Notes: generated by a model from the sequence alone, not told the origin. DNA of 64,000 bases from Thermodesulfobacteriota bacterium (GCA_040757625.1 JBFLWU010000008.1:7865-71864), one strand, 5' to 3'. Numbered from the stretch's first letter, positions 18,094 to 27,962 are shown. Program-made: numbers and translations.

Positions 18094-18789
18094 ATGAACC
18101 TTATCGTCGACAGCTTTCTTTCCGCAATCAACCTGATCCTGTCGCTGGATGCGGAAATGATCAAAATCGTTGAGGTTTCGCTGAGTGTCAGCGCGGCATC
18201 CACGCTGTTTGCAGGTGTGATCGGCATCCCCCTCGGCTTCTTCGTGGCGTTTGAGTCCTTTCCGGGGAAACGGCTCGTCATCACCCTGCTCAACACCCTG
18301 CTGGCGCTTCCAACCGTTGTCATCGGACTTTTTGTCTACGCCTTTATCTCCCGCAGGGGCATCTTTGGCGCTCTGGACCTGCTCTACACCCAGAAGGCCA
18401 TGGTCATCGGCCAAGTCATCCTGGTCCTGCCGATCGTGGCGACCTTTACCATCGCCGCCATCAGCAGGATCGACGAGCGCTACCGCAAGACCGCCATGAC
18501 CCTGGGCGCCGACCGCCTCCAGACCGCCAGTGTCATTTTCAGAGAAGCCCGCTTCGGGATTGTCGCCGCCCTGGTGGCGTCCTTCGGCAGGGTCATCGCC
18601 GAAGTGGGGATCAGCATGATGCTGGGGGGAAACGCCCGGGGTTTTACCCGCACCATGACCACCGCCATGGCGCTGGAATACGACAAGGGGCAGTTTGTTT
18701 TGGCAGTGGCGCTGGGAATCATTCTACTCGGCATCAGTTTTGGATTAAATCTGCTGTTTAATTTCTTTCAGGGGAGATACGACCGGTGA
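18094..18789 (+). CDS. tupB: tungstate ABC transporter permease
   Basis: About 231 aa, multi-pass. Start MNLIVDSF lies 3 nt after the tupA stop. The track ORF start (18004) overlaps tupA and is rejected. Confidence 0.85.
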   Translation: MNLIVDSFLSAINLILSLDAEMIKIVEVSLSVSAASTLFAGVIGIPLGFFVAFESFPGKRLVITLLNTLLALPTVVIGLFVYAFISRRGIFGALDLLYTQKAMVIGQVILVLPIVATFTIAAISRIDERYRKTAMTLGADRLQTASVIFREARFGIVAALVASFGRVIAEVGISMMLGGNARGFTRTMTTAMALEYDKGQFVLAVALGIILLGISFGLNLLFNFFQGRYDR

Positions 18790-19496
18790 CCCTGTATCGG
18801 CTCTCGCAGCTCACAAAAACATATAACGACCGGACGGTTCTCGACATTCCCTTTCTGGAAATCGAAGGGGGAAAGATTTATGCCCTCATGGGTCCCAACG
18901 GCGCCGGCAAGACCACCCTGCTCAACATTCTCGCTTTTCTGGACGTCCCCACCGGCGGCAGCCTTTATTTCAATTCACGGCCGGTTCAGTTTTCAGATGC
19001 CGCCCTTCAACCCCTTCGCAAGGAAGTGGCCATGGTGGATCAGCACCCCATTCTCTTCACCACAACGGTTTATAAAAATCTGGAGTTCGGATTAAAGGTC
19101 AGAAAAATTGCCAGGGGAGAGCGGGAACGCATGATCAATGAGGCGCTGGAAATGGTCGGGATGCAGGAGTTCGCCCAGGCCCCGGCCCACCGCCTCTCCG
19201 GGGGAGAGACCCAGCGGGTGGCCCTGGCACGCGCCTTTGCGGTGGCCCCCAAGGTCTTATTGTGCGACGAGCCCACCGCCAATGTCGATGAGGAAAATCA
19301 GGCCATCATCCTCCGCATCTTAAAGCAGATCAACGAACTTAAAGGGATCAGCATCCTGTTTACCACCCACGACCGCTCCCAGGCATTGTCCCTGGCGCAG
19401 GAAATCCTGCTGTTGAACCGCGGCCGGATCGTCACGGCAGCGAACCTGGACTGTGAAGCTCCCCGCCGCAAACTGGCGGGTAATCCGGCAGGCTGA
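18786..19496 (+). CDS. tupC: tungstate ABC transporter ATP-binding protein
   Basis: Walker A GPNGAGKTT, signature LSGGETQRV, Walker B LLCDEP. 4-nt overlap with tupB. Confidence 0.85.
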   Translation: MTLYRLSQLTKTYNDRTVLDIPFLEIEGGKIYALMGPNGAGKTTLLNILAFLDVPTGGSLYFNSRPVQFSDAALQPLRKEVAMVDQHPILFTTTVYKNLEFGLKVRKIARGERERMINEALEMVGMQEFAQAPAHRLSGGETQRVALARAFAVAPKVLLCDEPTANVDEENQAIILRILKQINELKGISILFTTHDRSQALSLAQEILLLNRGRIVTAANLDCEAPRRKLAGNPAG

Positions 19497-19618
19497 TCAC
19501 CTAAGCCTCATTGCGAGGATTTTTACCGTTTTTGCATGAAAGCGCTTCGGGGGAGTTTCCAGTTCAAAGGAATGAAAGTATTTTGCGGAATCTTTGCCGA
19601 TAAGCCGCCCGTTAGGTT

Positions 19619-20257
19619 CTAATCAGGCTTTTGTGACAAAACACAATAATGCTCGCTTTTCTTATCCGCCTTAACATCGACGATGTCAAAACCGGAGAAG
19701 ACATCCTTCAGCTCGTCTTCGGCAAAAAAGTAATGCACTATTCCTTTTTCAGTTCCTTCCGTCGGAGCATACAGGTGATGGTCCAGCCGGACAAATTTTC
19801 CTTTTTTCCAGTCTTTGGCCGGTGGAAATTTTTTGACCACGACGAAAAAATAGCCGGCGGGATGAACGACGCGGTTTACTTCCCTGATAATTTTTCGAAC
19901 AGGTTCCAGCCGATTGTGTTCAATAACCTGGACTGAAATCACGGCATCAAAATAATTATCCGGCCACGGCAGCCGCTCTATGTCTTTGCAGTGAAGCTCC
20001 GCCGCCAGTCCTTCTTCGGCCAGCCACTTTCGCGATAAACTGATCGCTTCCGGCGACACATCGATGCCGCAGACGTCATAGCCCTGCTTTGCGAAAAATA
20101 CCAGATGGCGGCCGCTGCCGCACCCCAGGTCCAGGATTTTTTTTACTTTTTCGTTTCGAAATAAATCATGCAGCGCAGCGACTTCTTCCTGGGGCGCCTT
20201 TTTTTCTGCCTGCCGTTCTTTTGTCACCGCGTTCCAGAGATCAACTTTGGATTTCAT
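19619..20257 (-). CDS. class I SAM-dependent methyltransferase
   Basis: Motif I ILDLGCGSGRH, 212 aa. Confidence 0.8.
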   Translation of the reverse strand: MKSKVDLWNAVTKERQAEKKAPQEEVAALHDLFRNEKVKKILDLGCGSGRHLVFFAKQGYDVCGIDVSPEAISLSRKWLAEEGLAAELHCKDIERLPWPDNYFDAVISVQVIEHNRLEPVRKIIREVNRVVHPAGYFFVVVKKFPPAKDWKKGKFVRLDHHLYAPTEGTEKGIVHYFFAEDELKDVFSGFDIVDVKADKKSEHYCVLSQKPD

Positions 20258-20403
20258 AAACCAACCTCCCTAAAAAAGGTTGCAACGGAAAATCCTTGGG
20301 ATCTGTCCGCAGTCGCGTTCACCGGAGGTACCCAGGCGAACAGGGGCGGCGCTGCACCGGCGGGGGGGTACGGGTCTGCTGCCGTTATAAGACGGCCGGG
20401 CGC

Positions 20404-20880
20404 TCAGATCCCTCCCGCCATCATCTTCTCCGGCACCTGCACCGCCACCACCTCTCCCCGGGCGCAGACCTCGCCGTTTGCCGACAGGGTGGATTCCACA
20501 ACCACCTTGCGGCCCTTGACCTCCTTTATGCGGCCCCGCAGTTTCAGCGGCACGCCCATGGGGGTCGGCCTCAGGTAATCCACCTTTAAGGATGCCGTTA
20601 CAAACCGGAAGGGGGGGGCCGATCCCAGTTCGCGGCCGGCGGCGCGATAGGAAGCCGCCGCCGCGCTGCCGGTGCTGTGGCAGTCGATCAGGGAAGCGAT
20701 CAGGCCGCCGTACACAAAACCGGGCATGGCCATGTGATAGGGGTGGGGGGTAAAATCCGCGACGGTCTCGTCGCCGTCCCAGTAGCTTTTAATCTGGTGC
20801 CCGCGGATGTTCAGGCGGCCGCAGCCGTAGCAGTGACTGTAGTCGTCCGGGTAGTAGTCCTGAAAAGCCTTTTTATCCAT
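20404..20880 (-). CDS. PaaI-family hotdog-fold thioesterase
   Basis: 158 aa. HCYGCG N-terminal motif, GFVYGGLIASLIDCHS core. Confidence 0.8.
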   Translation of the reverse strand: MDKKAFQDYYPDDYSHCYGCGRLNIRGHQIKSYWDGDETVADFTPHPYHMAMPGFVYGGLIASLIDCHSTGSAAAASYRAAGRELGSAPPFRFVTASLKVDYLRPTPMGVPLKLRGRIKEVKGRKVVVESTLSANGEVCARGEVVAVQVPEKMMAGGI

Positions 20881-20930
20881 AAAAACAAACTCCTCTCTTT
20901 AACGCCGCCAAATGATTGGTTTCCGCGATC

Positions 20931-21542
20931 TCAGGCCTGGGATTCGAGGCATCCGCGGCATACCCACTTGCCATCGACTTCAGTCATTCGGGTCGCCATG
21001 GCCGGCTCGCCGCACCGGTCGCAGATTTTGGACGCCATAATGCGGGCTTTTTCCGGCACGGGCACGTCCACTGCCTTGATGCTGAAAAGCTGTTCCAGGG
21101 GTTTGGTTAACACATCACAGGTCCGTTGAAAATGAAGTTTTTTAAATTCGGCCTGTTCCTTTTCGTCGGCACGGCCCTCCCTGACCCGCCGTGCCAGGGC
21201 CTGATGTTTTTCATCCGGCTCGAAAGCGCCGGCCTTTAAAACCACCCGAAAGCCTTTACCGGTATTTCGGCTGAAAAAGGTAAACGCATGTTTGCCGTAT
21301 TCCTTATAAATAAAATTGCCTTTGCCGAAGGTGCAGCCGGTAAGCACCTGGACGGCATCCGCATCGCAAGCGTCCGTCTCCACAATCGTCACGAGCTCTT
21401 CGTCCGGGGACCTGCTCTCCTTGAGAAGTTCCAGGCCGGCCTTGGCCGCCCGGTAGCCGAGAGCTACCCCCGGGCAGGTGTGTCCGTGAAACTCAATGCA
21501 TTTTTTCCAGTCCCGGCTTTTTAAAATTTTTTCAACGTTCAT
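20931..21542 (-). CDS. FmdE/FwdE-family protein with C-terminal zinc ribbon
   Basis: FHGHTCPGVALGYRAAKAGLE signature. C-terminus CDRCGEP...WVCRGC. 4-nt overlap with the upstream gene. Confidence 0.8.
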   Translation of the reverse strand: MNVEKILKSRDWKKCIEFHGHTCPGVALGYRAAKAGLELLKESRSPDEELVTIVETDACDADAVQVLTGCTFGKGNFIYKEYGKHAFTFFSRNTGKGFRVVLKAGAFEPDEKHQALARRVREGRADEKEQAEFKKLHFQRTCDVLTKPLEQLFSIKAVDVPVPEKARIMASKICDRCGEPAMATRMTEVDGKWVCRGCLESQA

Positions 21543-22105
21543 TTTTTCTCTCCTGAAAAATGGATCAAATCGAGCAGGGTAAACCGAAACCGGTCCGCCG
21601 CCTGGGCCGGCAAGACCGTAAAATGAAACAGGGTATACTCCTGCTCATAATCCGTTTTGGCGGTCATGCCGTCAATGGGAATAACGACGATGTAATCAAG
21701 CTCCCGGGTGGCCCTGGTGGCGGTGTTCAATACCGAGACGTTGGAGCGGTACCCGGTAATGATGAGCGTATCGACCGCAAAGAGATTCAGGTAAGACTGC
21801 AGCTCACCGCCGGTAAACTTGTCAAAACCGTCCGGATAGATGACGGGTTCGTTCGGCTTTCGGTTCAAACCGGTATAGACCGCTCCTTCCGGGGTGCCTT
21901 TGTTCCGGAATGAAACCGTATAAATGATCGGCAGGCCCGACTCCCGAGCCCGATCCAGAAATTTCGGTACGGCCGGTATGAGGCGGTTGCAAGGCAGCTC
22001 GGGATTGCCCCAGCGCTGGCTTCCGTCCAAAACCAGTACAGCGGTTTTGTTGACATCCACGGCGACAGGTTCCGGCTTCGGCAGGTGCGGTTTTTGCTGG
22101 TTCAT
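21539..22105 (-). CDS. isochorismatase-family (cysteine-hydrolase-like) protein
   Basis: 188 aa. AVLVLDGS, DKFTG, LIITGYRSNVSVLNTA. The usual nucleophile Cys position reads Ser. Confidence 0.7.
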   Translation of the reverse strand: MNQQKPHLPKPEPVAVDVNKTAVLVLDGSQRWGNPELPCNRLIPAVPKFLDRARESGLPIIYTVSFRNKGTPEGAVYTGLNRKPNEPVIYPDGFDKFTGGELQSYLNLFAVDTLIITGYRSNVSVLNTATRATRELDYIVVIPIDGMTAKTDYEQEYTLFHFTVLPAQAADRFRFTLLDLIHFSGEKK

Positions 22106-22244
22106 GCCTCCTCCATTATATCAGATAGGGTCAGAAGCTGTCTCAAAAAAATATAATTGTTTCAGGAGGCGGGGAGTATTGACATGGTCTCCGCTCCGAC
22201 CTCTCCATTTAACGTATCGTGTTTTTGATATGGCTTCTAGCTTC

Positions 22245-23096
22245 TTAAAAATTGATACTCAAACCGACATGGGAAAACTGGAAAATATCATTAAATTCCT
22301 GTTTGATGCGGGTGATCGCCGCCAGGCCGGTGCAATGGGACGGCACCAGGTGCTGAATGTCATAGGCCTTAAGGGCCTTGATGCTTTCGCTGAGCTGGAC
22401 TTCGCCGGAAAAACCGATGTGCGTTCCCCCGACAATTCCGTAAATCCTGTCGACGCCCGAATTTTCGATAATATGATCAAGGGTATTGATGATGCCCGCA
22501 TGGGCGCATCCCAGGACGATCATCAACCCTTTTTCGGTATGAATGGCCATGGATTGATCATCCTGGATGATGTCCGGAACAACTTTGCCTCCGTCCAGTC
22601 TTACAAAACGACCGGCCATGTCCCCCCCTTCAAAAGGGGTCATCCGCGGCACTTCTCCTGTCAGAAAGATACCGTCTTCGATTTCCAAATACTTTTCATT
22701 AATAATAAAATGAGCGCCCATTTTCTCCAGGTAGCCCCGGGTGAATGGAATACCGCCGTAGCTTTCTTTCCCGTTTTTTTCACGATACTTATACGCAAAG
22801 ACATGCGGATGGGCATAAACATCGATCTTTTTTTTGCCCTGGAGGCGAAGCACATCCGGCAGGCCGCCGGTATGGTCACCGTGGCCGTGACTGAGTACGA
22901 CCTTGTTGATGGCAGCCAATTCCTTATTCAAGACCAGGGCATTATGAATGATTGTCTTCCCTTTGCCGGTGTCAAAAAGAAAATTCCCTTTCCCCGTTTC
23001 GATATACGCGCTGAATCCATGCTCACCGATCGCTTCGCTGCGTCCCGGAACCACATTGTCCGTAAGAATTGTTACCCGGCCATTGACTGTTTTCAT
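22245..23096 (-). CDS. MBL-fold metallo-hydrolase (COG1237/MptB-like family)
   Basis: 283 aa. HGFSAYIE, VVLSHGHGDHTGGL, GCAHAG. Confidence 0.8.
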   Translation of the reverse strand: MKTVNGRVTILTDNVVPGRSEAIGEHGFSAYIETGKGNFLFDTGKGKTIIHNALVLNKELAAINKVVLSHGHGDHTGGLPDVLRLQGKKKIDVYAHPHVFAYKYREKNGKESYGGIPFTRGYLEKMGAHFIINEKYLEIEDGIFLTGEVPRMTPFEGGDMAGRFVRLDGGKVVPDIIQDDQSMAIHTEKGLMIVLGCAHAGIINTLDHIIENSGVDRIYGIVGGTHIGFSGEVQLSESIKALKAYDIQHLVPSHCTGLAAITRIKQEFNDIFQFSHVGLSINF

Positions 23097-23205
23097 GTTC
23101 GCTTTCTCCTTTACTTGGTCGGATCGAGCCTCTGACAGCTTTTATTTTATCTGAATCCGAAAATCTGACTCCCTTGTGTGAAATGATTCCTGCTTAATCA
23201 AGCTT

Positions 23206-23538
23206 TTAATGATCGCAGACATTGGCTCCGATTTCAAGGGTATTGTCAAGATAACTTTTCACAAGAGTTTCCGGTTCCAGGGCCGGCGCGCCGACAACCA
23301 CCTTGATGCCGTTCTGGGCGAACAGACTGACGGCGCGCTGTCCCATTCCTCCGGCGATTATGATATCGGCACCCAGGTTATGAAGCCATTTGGGCAAGAC
23401 GCCGGGTTCATGGGGTGGCGGCACCAGCAGTTGTTTGTTTTTAATCTCTGCATCCTGCACCTCGATCAGCGCAAATTCCTGGCTGTGACCGAAATGGGCG
23501 GTCAGTTTGCCCTCGGCTAGCGGTATCGCAATCTTCAT
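23206..23538 (-). CDS. NifX/NifB-C-terminal-like (COG1433) cluster-binding protein, HFGH subtype, copy 1
   Basis: 110 aa from MKIAIPLAEGKLTAHFGHSQEF...PPPHEPGVLPKWL...CDH. The longer track ORF (to 23694) overlaps cooS and is rejected. Confidence 0.8.
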   Translation of the reverse strand: MKIAIPLAEGKLTAHFGHSQEFALIEVQDAEIKNKQLLVPPPHEPGVLPKWLHNLGADIIIAGGMGQRAVSLFAQNGIKVVVGAPALEPETLVKSYLDNTLEIGANVCDH

Positions 23539-23641
23539 TTTCTTCCTCCTGTCTGTCATGCAAAAATTATTAACTGTAAACTTCAATTCCAAGAAACCCG
23601 AATGAATCAGGTTCAATCCGTATGAATTCAAAATAAAACGA

Positions 23642-25672
23642 CTAGGCACTTTCAAGTTCGCGGCGTGTCGCCATATCCACCAGTATCCTCTCACGGGTTC
23701 TATCGATGCCCAGATCTTGCCGTTTCTTGTCGATATGGGCGATCATTTTTCTGGCGTGTTTGACAGGATCGGCTTCCAAATCCCACATCCCACCGTACAT
23801 CTTCTCCAGTTCCTCAAATAGATATTTCTGAAATACCGGTGCCCCGGATATCGGCAACGTCACTCCGAACACGGTATAAACGCCCGAAACGACAAAATAT
23901 TGTCCGATGCTGATGGCTTTTTCGCTCATCCATTCCGGTGCGCTTCCGGCGACCGGCAGATCACTGATGTCGTTGCCCAGTCCCCCGGCCTCAACTACTT
24001 TTGTGGCAGCAAGCAGTATGCGGCTGTTATCGACACACGAACCCATATGTAATACTGGCGGGATGCCGACGGTTTCACAAACCTCGGCCAAGCCCGGACC
24101 GCAGAAGACCGCTGCAGTTTCCGGGGTCAAAAGCCCTTCCATGGCGCAGGCAATACCGTTGCACCCGGTGGTCAGGACAATCACGTCGTTTTTAATCAGT
24201 TCCTTGACTACGGCGATATGGCCTTCGTTGTGACGGGTTCTGGCGTTGTTGCACCCGACCACGCCGGCAATGCCCCGAATACGGCCGTTGATGATGTTGT
24301 CATTGAGGGTATAATAAGAACCGCGAAAGATCCCGCCCAGATGGTATTCGATCGACTCTACCCCAAACCCGGCAACCTGAACGTGCTTGTGTTTGGGGAT
24401 CATCACTTCAGCACCCCGGTTTTTGAAATTATCGATGGCCATTTTAACGATGCGTTTGGCATCTTCAATGGCATGATGTTCGTCAAATTCGATGTGAATG
24501 ACATTTTCCTGTTCCATTTTTGCGATCGGATGGGTGGTAATGAGTTTGGTGTGGAAGCAGGCCGCCACGTTGGCGATATTTTGCATGATACACTGAATAT
24601 CCACCACCATTGCATCGCAGGCGCCGGTGATAATCGCCAGTTCCTGCTGCAAAAACGTTCCGCACAGCGGCACCCCGTGGCGCTGCAGTATTTCATTGGC
24701 CGTACAGCAGATCCCTGAAAGCTGAATGCCTTTAGCCCCCTTTGAATTCGCATATGCGATCATCTCAGGGGTTTGAACGGCGGCAACGATCATCTCGGAA
24801 AGGACCGGTTCGTGACCGTGGATGACGATGTTGACATGATCTTCCTTCAGAACACCGAGGTTTGCCTCGGATTGGAGGGGGTAAGGAGTTCCAAAGAGCA
24901 CATCCTGAAGATCGGTCGCCAGCATGGAACCACCCCATCCGTCTGCAATGGCCGCCCGGGTGCCTTGTTTAACCAAATTTTTATAATTTTGATCGACACC
25001 CATGTGGGTCCGGTGCATGATCTCGACGATTTCCCGATCGATATTTCGGGGAAGTACACTGTTTTTTTTCCATTTTTCATACAAAGGGGCCGGGGCGCGC
25101 TTCAAATACGCAAGTTCTCCCTCGGATTTTCCCCATTCATTGAGGGCTTTTTCTGCAACCTCAATCGCGATTTCATTAATATCCCGGTCCAGTTGCTTTC
25201 CATCAACTTCGACCGTAGTAACCACGTCAAAATAGGGCGCAATGGATAAAAGTTTTTCGACATCCTTTATCCGGTAGGCCTCGCTCTCCTTTCTGGCAGC
25301 CGTCATGAAGACTTCAGCCACACATCGGCCGTGATCGGAATGGGCGGCAGCGCCGCCGGCAATCATGCGGATAAAATTACGCGCCGCAATGGTATTGGGG
25401 GCCGCACCGCAAAGACCCCTGCGGTCGTCTTTGCCCTCGATCCCAGATTTGGGAAGCGGCAGGCGGCACGGCCCCATAGCGCAGTTCTTACAACAGGTTC
25501 CCTGGATACCGATATTGCAGGCTTTCATCGTGACCGCCCGGTCAAACACCGTCTCGATACCTAGCGCATGGGCGCGTTGAATCATCAGTTGGCTGGCTTC
25601 GTCAATTGTTGCTTCCACGGGATTCGCTAATTTCTTTGCCTCCAGCACTCTGGTTTCTTTTTTGTCCCCCAT
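23642..25672 (-). CDS. cooS: anaerobic Ni,Fe carbon monoxide dehydrogenase catalytic subunit
   Basis: 676 aa. D/B-cluster cysteines (KACNIGIQGTCCKNCAMGPCR, GLCGA). C-cluster ligand contexts VIHGHEP, GICCTANE, VVGCNNAR, HMGSCVDNSR. Confidence 0.93.
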   Translation of the reverse strand: MGDKKETRVLEAKKLANPVEATIDEASQLMIQRAHALGIETVFDRAVTMKACNIGIQGTCCKNCAMGPCRLPLPKSGIEGKDDRRGLCGAAPNTIAARNFIRMIAGGAAAHSDHGRCVAEVFMTAARKESEAYRIKDVEKLLSIAPYFDVVTTVEVDGKQLDRDINEIAIEVAEKALNEWGKSEGELAYLKRAPAPLYEKWKKNSVLPRNIDREIVEIMHRTHMGVDQNYKNLVKQGTRAAIADGWGGSMLATDLQDVLFGTPYPLQSEANLGVLKEDHVNIVIHGHEPVLSEMIVAAVQTPEMIAYANSKGAKGIQLSGICCTANEILQRHGVPLCGTFLQQELAIITGACDAMVVDIQCIMQNIANVAACFHTKLITTHPIAKMEQENVIHIEFDEHHAIEDAKRIVKMAIDNFKNRGAEVMIPKHKHVQVAGFGVESIEYHLGGIFRGSYYTLNDNIINGRIRGIAGVVGCNNARTRHNEGHIAVVKELIKNDVIVLTTGCNGIACAMEGLLTPETAAVFCGPGLAEVCETVGIPPVLHMGSCVDNSRILLAATKVVEAGGLGNDISDLPVAGSAPEWMSEKAISIGQYFVVSGVYTVFGVTLPISGAPVFQKYLFEELEKMYGGMWDLEADPVKHARKMIAHIDKKRQDLGIDRTRERILVDMATRRELESA

Positions 25673-25822
25673 CTAATAGCCCCCCCTTCACTTATCATTC
25701 AAGATTAGCGTTTAATTATGACTTGAAACGAAATTAACGTCGGGCAGCGTGCCCTTTAAGGTGACAAATGCAAAAAGGTTTCCTGTCCTTTCCATTAATG
25801 CTTTAAGTACGTTGCAAAAAAT

Positions 25823-26155
25823 TTAATGATCACAAAGATTGGCGCCGGTTTCGAGCGTATTTTCAAGATATCCCTTTATGAGCAATTCCGGTTCCAGCGA
25901 GGGGGCACCGGTAACAACTTTAATCCCGTTCTGGACAAACAGGCCTACGGCACGCTGACCCATTCCCCCTGCGATAATAACATCGGCACCCAGCTCATGC
26001 AGCCATTTCGGAAGCACACCGGGTTCATGGGGCGGGGGTATCAGCAGTTGTTTGCTTTTAATTTCTGTGCCCTGCACTTCGACCAGCGCGAATTCTTGGC
26101 AGTGCCCGAAATGAGCGGTTAATTTTCCCTCGACTAACGGTATTGCAAATTTCAT
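25823..26155 (-). CDS. NifX/NifB-C-terminal-like protein, HFGH subtype, copy 2
   Basis: 110 aa, about 90 of 110 residues identical to the 23206-23538 product by eye (MKFAIPLVEGKLTAHFGHCQEF...). Confidence 0.8.
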   Translation of the reverse strand: MKFAIPLVEGKLTAHFGHCQEFALVEVQGTEIKSKQLLIPPPHEPGVLPKWLHELGADVIIAGGMGQRAVGLFVQNGIKVVTGAPSLEPELLIKGYLENTLETGANLCDH

Positions 26156-26235
26156 CTTCTTCCTCCTGGCTGCTAAATTTTAAATATTTCTTATATCGGC
26201 ATGACCTTACAGCCATACCCCCGCCCATATGCGGT

Positions 26236-27111
26236 CTATACGGTTGTTGATTTAAGTCCCGCCGACACTTTACTCCAGATATCCTTTACTGCCTGTCCTG
26301 TTTTTGAGTCTGAACTGTATTCAAATATGGTTTGGCCCTGAACCATGGATTTAATAAATATGGGGTCAAAGGGAATGCGCCCCACTATCGGGAGGCCCTT
26401 ATCACGAGAAAACCTTTCAATATCCCGGGTAGCGTCTAAATTGATATCGAACTTGTTAACGCAAACCATTGCCGGGACTTTAAAATGCGCGGCCAAATCG
26501 ACCACGCGCATCATGTCGTGTTTTCCGGACACGCTGGGCTCGGTCACGATGAGAACCCCGTCGGCCCCACCGATGGAGGCAATGACCGGACAGCCGATTC
26601 CAGGCGGTCCGTCGGTTAAAATAAGATCCGGTCCGTTTTCTTGCGCAAGCTTTTGGGCTTGTCTCCGCACCAAGGAAACCAGCTTGCCGGAATTCTCCTC
26701 GGCAATGCCGAGCCGGGCATGCACCATGGGGCCGAAGCGGGTATCGGAAATAAACCAGTTGCCGCATGACTTTATCGGAAAGCCGATGGCTTTTTCAGGG
26801 CAGAAATAGACACAAACACCACAACCTTCGCACGCCACCGGATCCACAATGAATTCTTCGGATATGGCCCCCCAGCGGCACATTTCGCGGCAAAGCCCGC
26901 ATTCGGTGCATGTTTCCTTGCGGATCATCGCTTCATTTCCCGATAGAAATTCATGATGCTCCCGGATTTCGGGATTCATGATCAAGTGTAGGTCGGCGGC
27001 ATCCACGTCCGCATCACACAAGACCAAATTTTTTGCGAGGGCTGCAAAGGCCGCCAGCAGGCTGGTCTTACCGGTGCCGCCTTTACCGCTGATAACGATC
27101 AATTCTTTCAT
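26236..27111 (-). CDS. MinD/ParA-type P-loop ATPase with inserted 2x[4Fe-4S] ferredoxin domain (COG1149 type)
   Basis: ISGKGGTGKTS P-loop. CTECGLCREMC and CEGCGVCVYFCP motifs inserted after the P-loop. Confidence 0.85.
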   Translation of the reverse strand: MKELIVISGKGGTGKTSLLAAFAALAKNLVLCDADVDAADLHLIMNPEIREHHEFLSGNEAMIRKETCTECGLCREMCRWGAISEEFIVDPVACEGCGVCVYFCPEKAIGFPIKSCGNWFISDTRFGPMVHARLGIAEENSGKLVSLVRRQAQKLAQENGPDLILTDGPPGIGCPVIASIGGADGVLIVTEPSVSGKHDMMRVVDLAAHFKVPAMVCVNKFDINLDATRDIERFSRDKGLPIVGRIPFDPIFIKSMVQGQTIFEYSSDSKTGQAVKDIWSKVSAGLKSTTV

Positions 27112-27962
27112 TTAATTCGCTCCGACCCAATGACCATCGCTTGAATATCGTCGAATAATCGGATAAATTCTTCTTTCCATGCGGGCATTGCGTCGATCAT
27201 CATCTTTCCCCGGGAATAGGTTTCGGCAATGCTCCGATCAAACGGTATCTCCATCAAAACGGGCAGTTTTTCTTTTTGTGCATATTCCCTTACACGAGTG
27301 TCGCCCATATCGCTGCGGTTGATCACCAAACCGCAGGGAATATCAAGGATTTTCACCGCGCCCACCGCAAGTTCCAAATCATGCAGGCCAAATGGCGTGG
27401 GTTCGGCTACCAGCAGGATGAAATCCGCCCCTTTCATGGAAGCGATCACCGGACAGGAGGTCCCCGGAGGGGCATCGATAATGGTTACCTGCTGCGGATC
27501 GGTAACACTGCGGACCTTTCGGATCAAGGGAGGCGACATGGCTTCGCCTACCCTCAATATTCCATGGGTGAAATCGATCCCATTGCAGACCCCCTTCTGA
27601 ACAATACCCAACTCCCGTCCTTTTTCCGTAATGGCGTTCTCCGGACATACCGCTATGCAACCGCCACAGCTGTGGCACAATTCCGGAAAGGTCAATACGA
27701 TATCCCTGACCACTATAATGGCCTTGTACCGACAGATTTCGTCGCATTTGCCGCAATGGTTACACATTTCCTTGTCAACCTCAGGCACCGGGGTAAAGAC
27801 CGTTTCGGTTTCTTTGAATGACGGATGCATAAAAAGATGCGCGTTGGGCGCTTCAACATCACAATCCAGCAATTGAACATTTCGGCCGACGGCCTTAGCC
27901 AGGTTGGTGGCGACGGTTGTTTTGCCGGTACCGCCCTTACCGCTGGCAACACTGATAATCAA
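27108..27962 (-). CDS. MinD/ParA-type P-loop ATPase with inserted ferredoxin domain (second paralogue)
   Basis: ASGKGGTGKTT, CNHCGKCDEIC, CHSCGGCIAVCP. 4-nt overlap with the downstream paralogue. Confidence 0.85.
   Translation of the reverse strand: MIISVASGKGGTGKTTVATNLAKAVGRNVQLLDCDVEAPNAHLFMHPSFKETETVFTPVPEVDKEMCNHCGKCDEICRYKAIIVVRDIVLTFPELCHSCGGCIAVCPENAITEKGRELGIVQKGVCNGIDFTHGILRVGEAMSPPLIRKVRSVTDPQQVTIIDAPPGTSCPVIASMKGADFILLVAEPTPFGLHDLELAVGAVKILDIPCGLVINRSDMGDTRVREYAQKEKLPVLMEIPFDRSIAETYSRGKMMIDAMPAWKEEFIRLFDDIQAMVIGSERIK

Noticed and set aside
23539-23694. 162-aa version of the NifX-like ORF overlapping the 3' end of cooS.
   Set aside because: The paralogue at 25823-26155 and the RBS position both support the 110-aa form starting at MKIAIP. 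The extension has no homology and overlaps cooS.
26236-27962. Calling the two MinD-ferredoxin ATPases cooC (the CODH nickel-insertion ATPase).
   Set aside because: They carry an inserted 2x[4Fe-4S] domain typical of the COG1149 family, not the compact CooC architecture. A maturation role is discussed as a hypothesis only.
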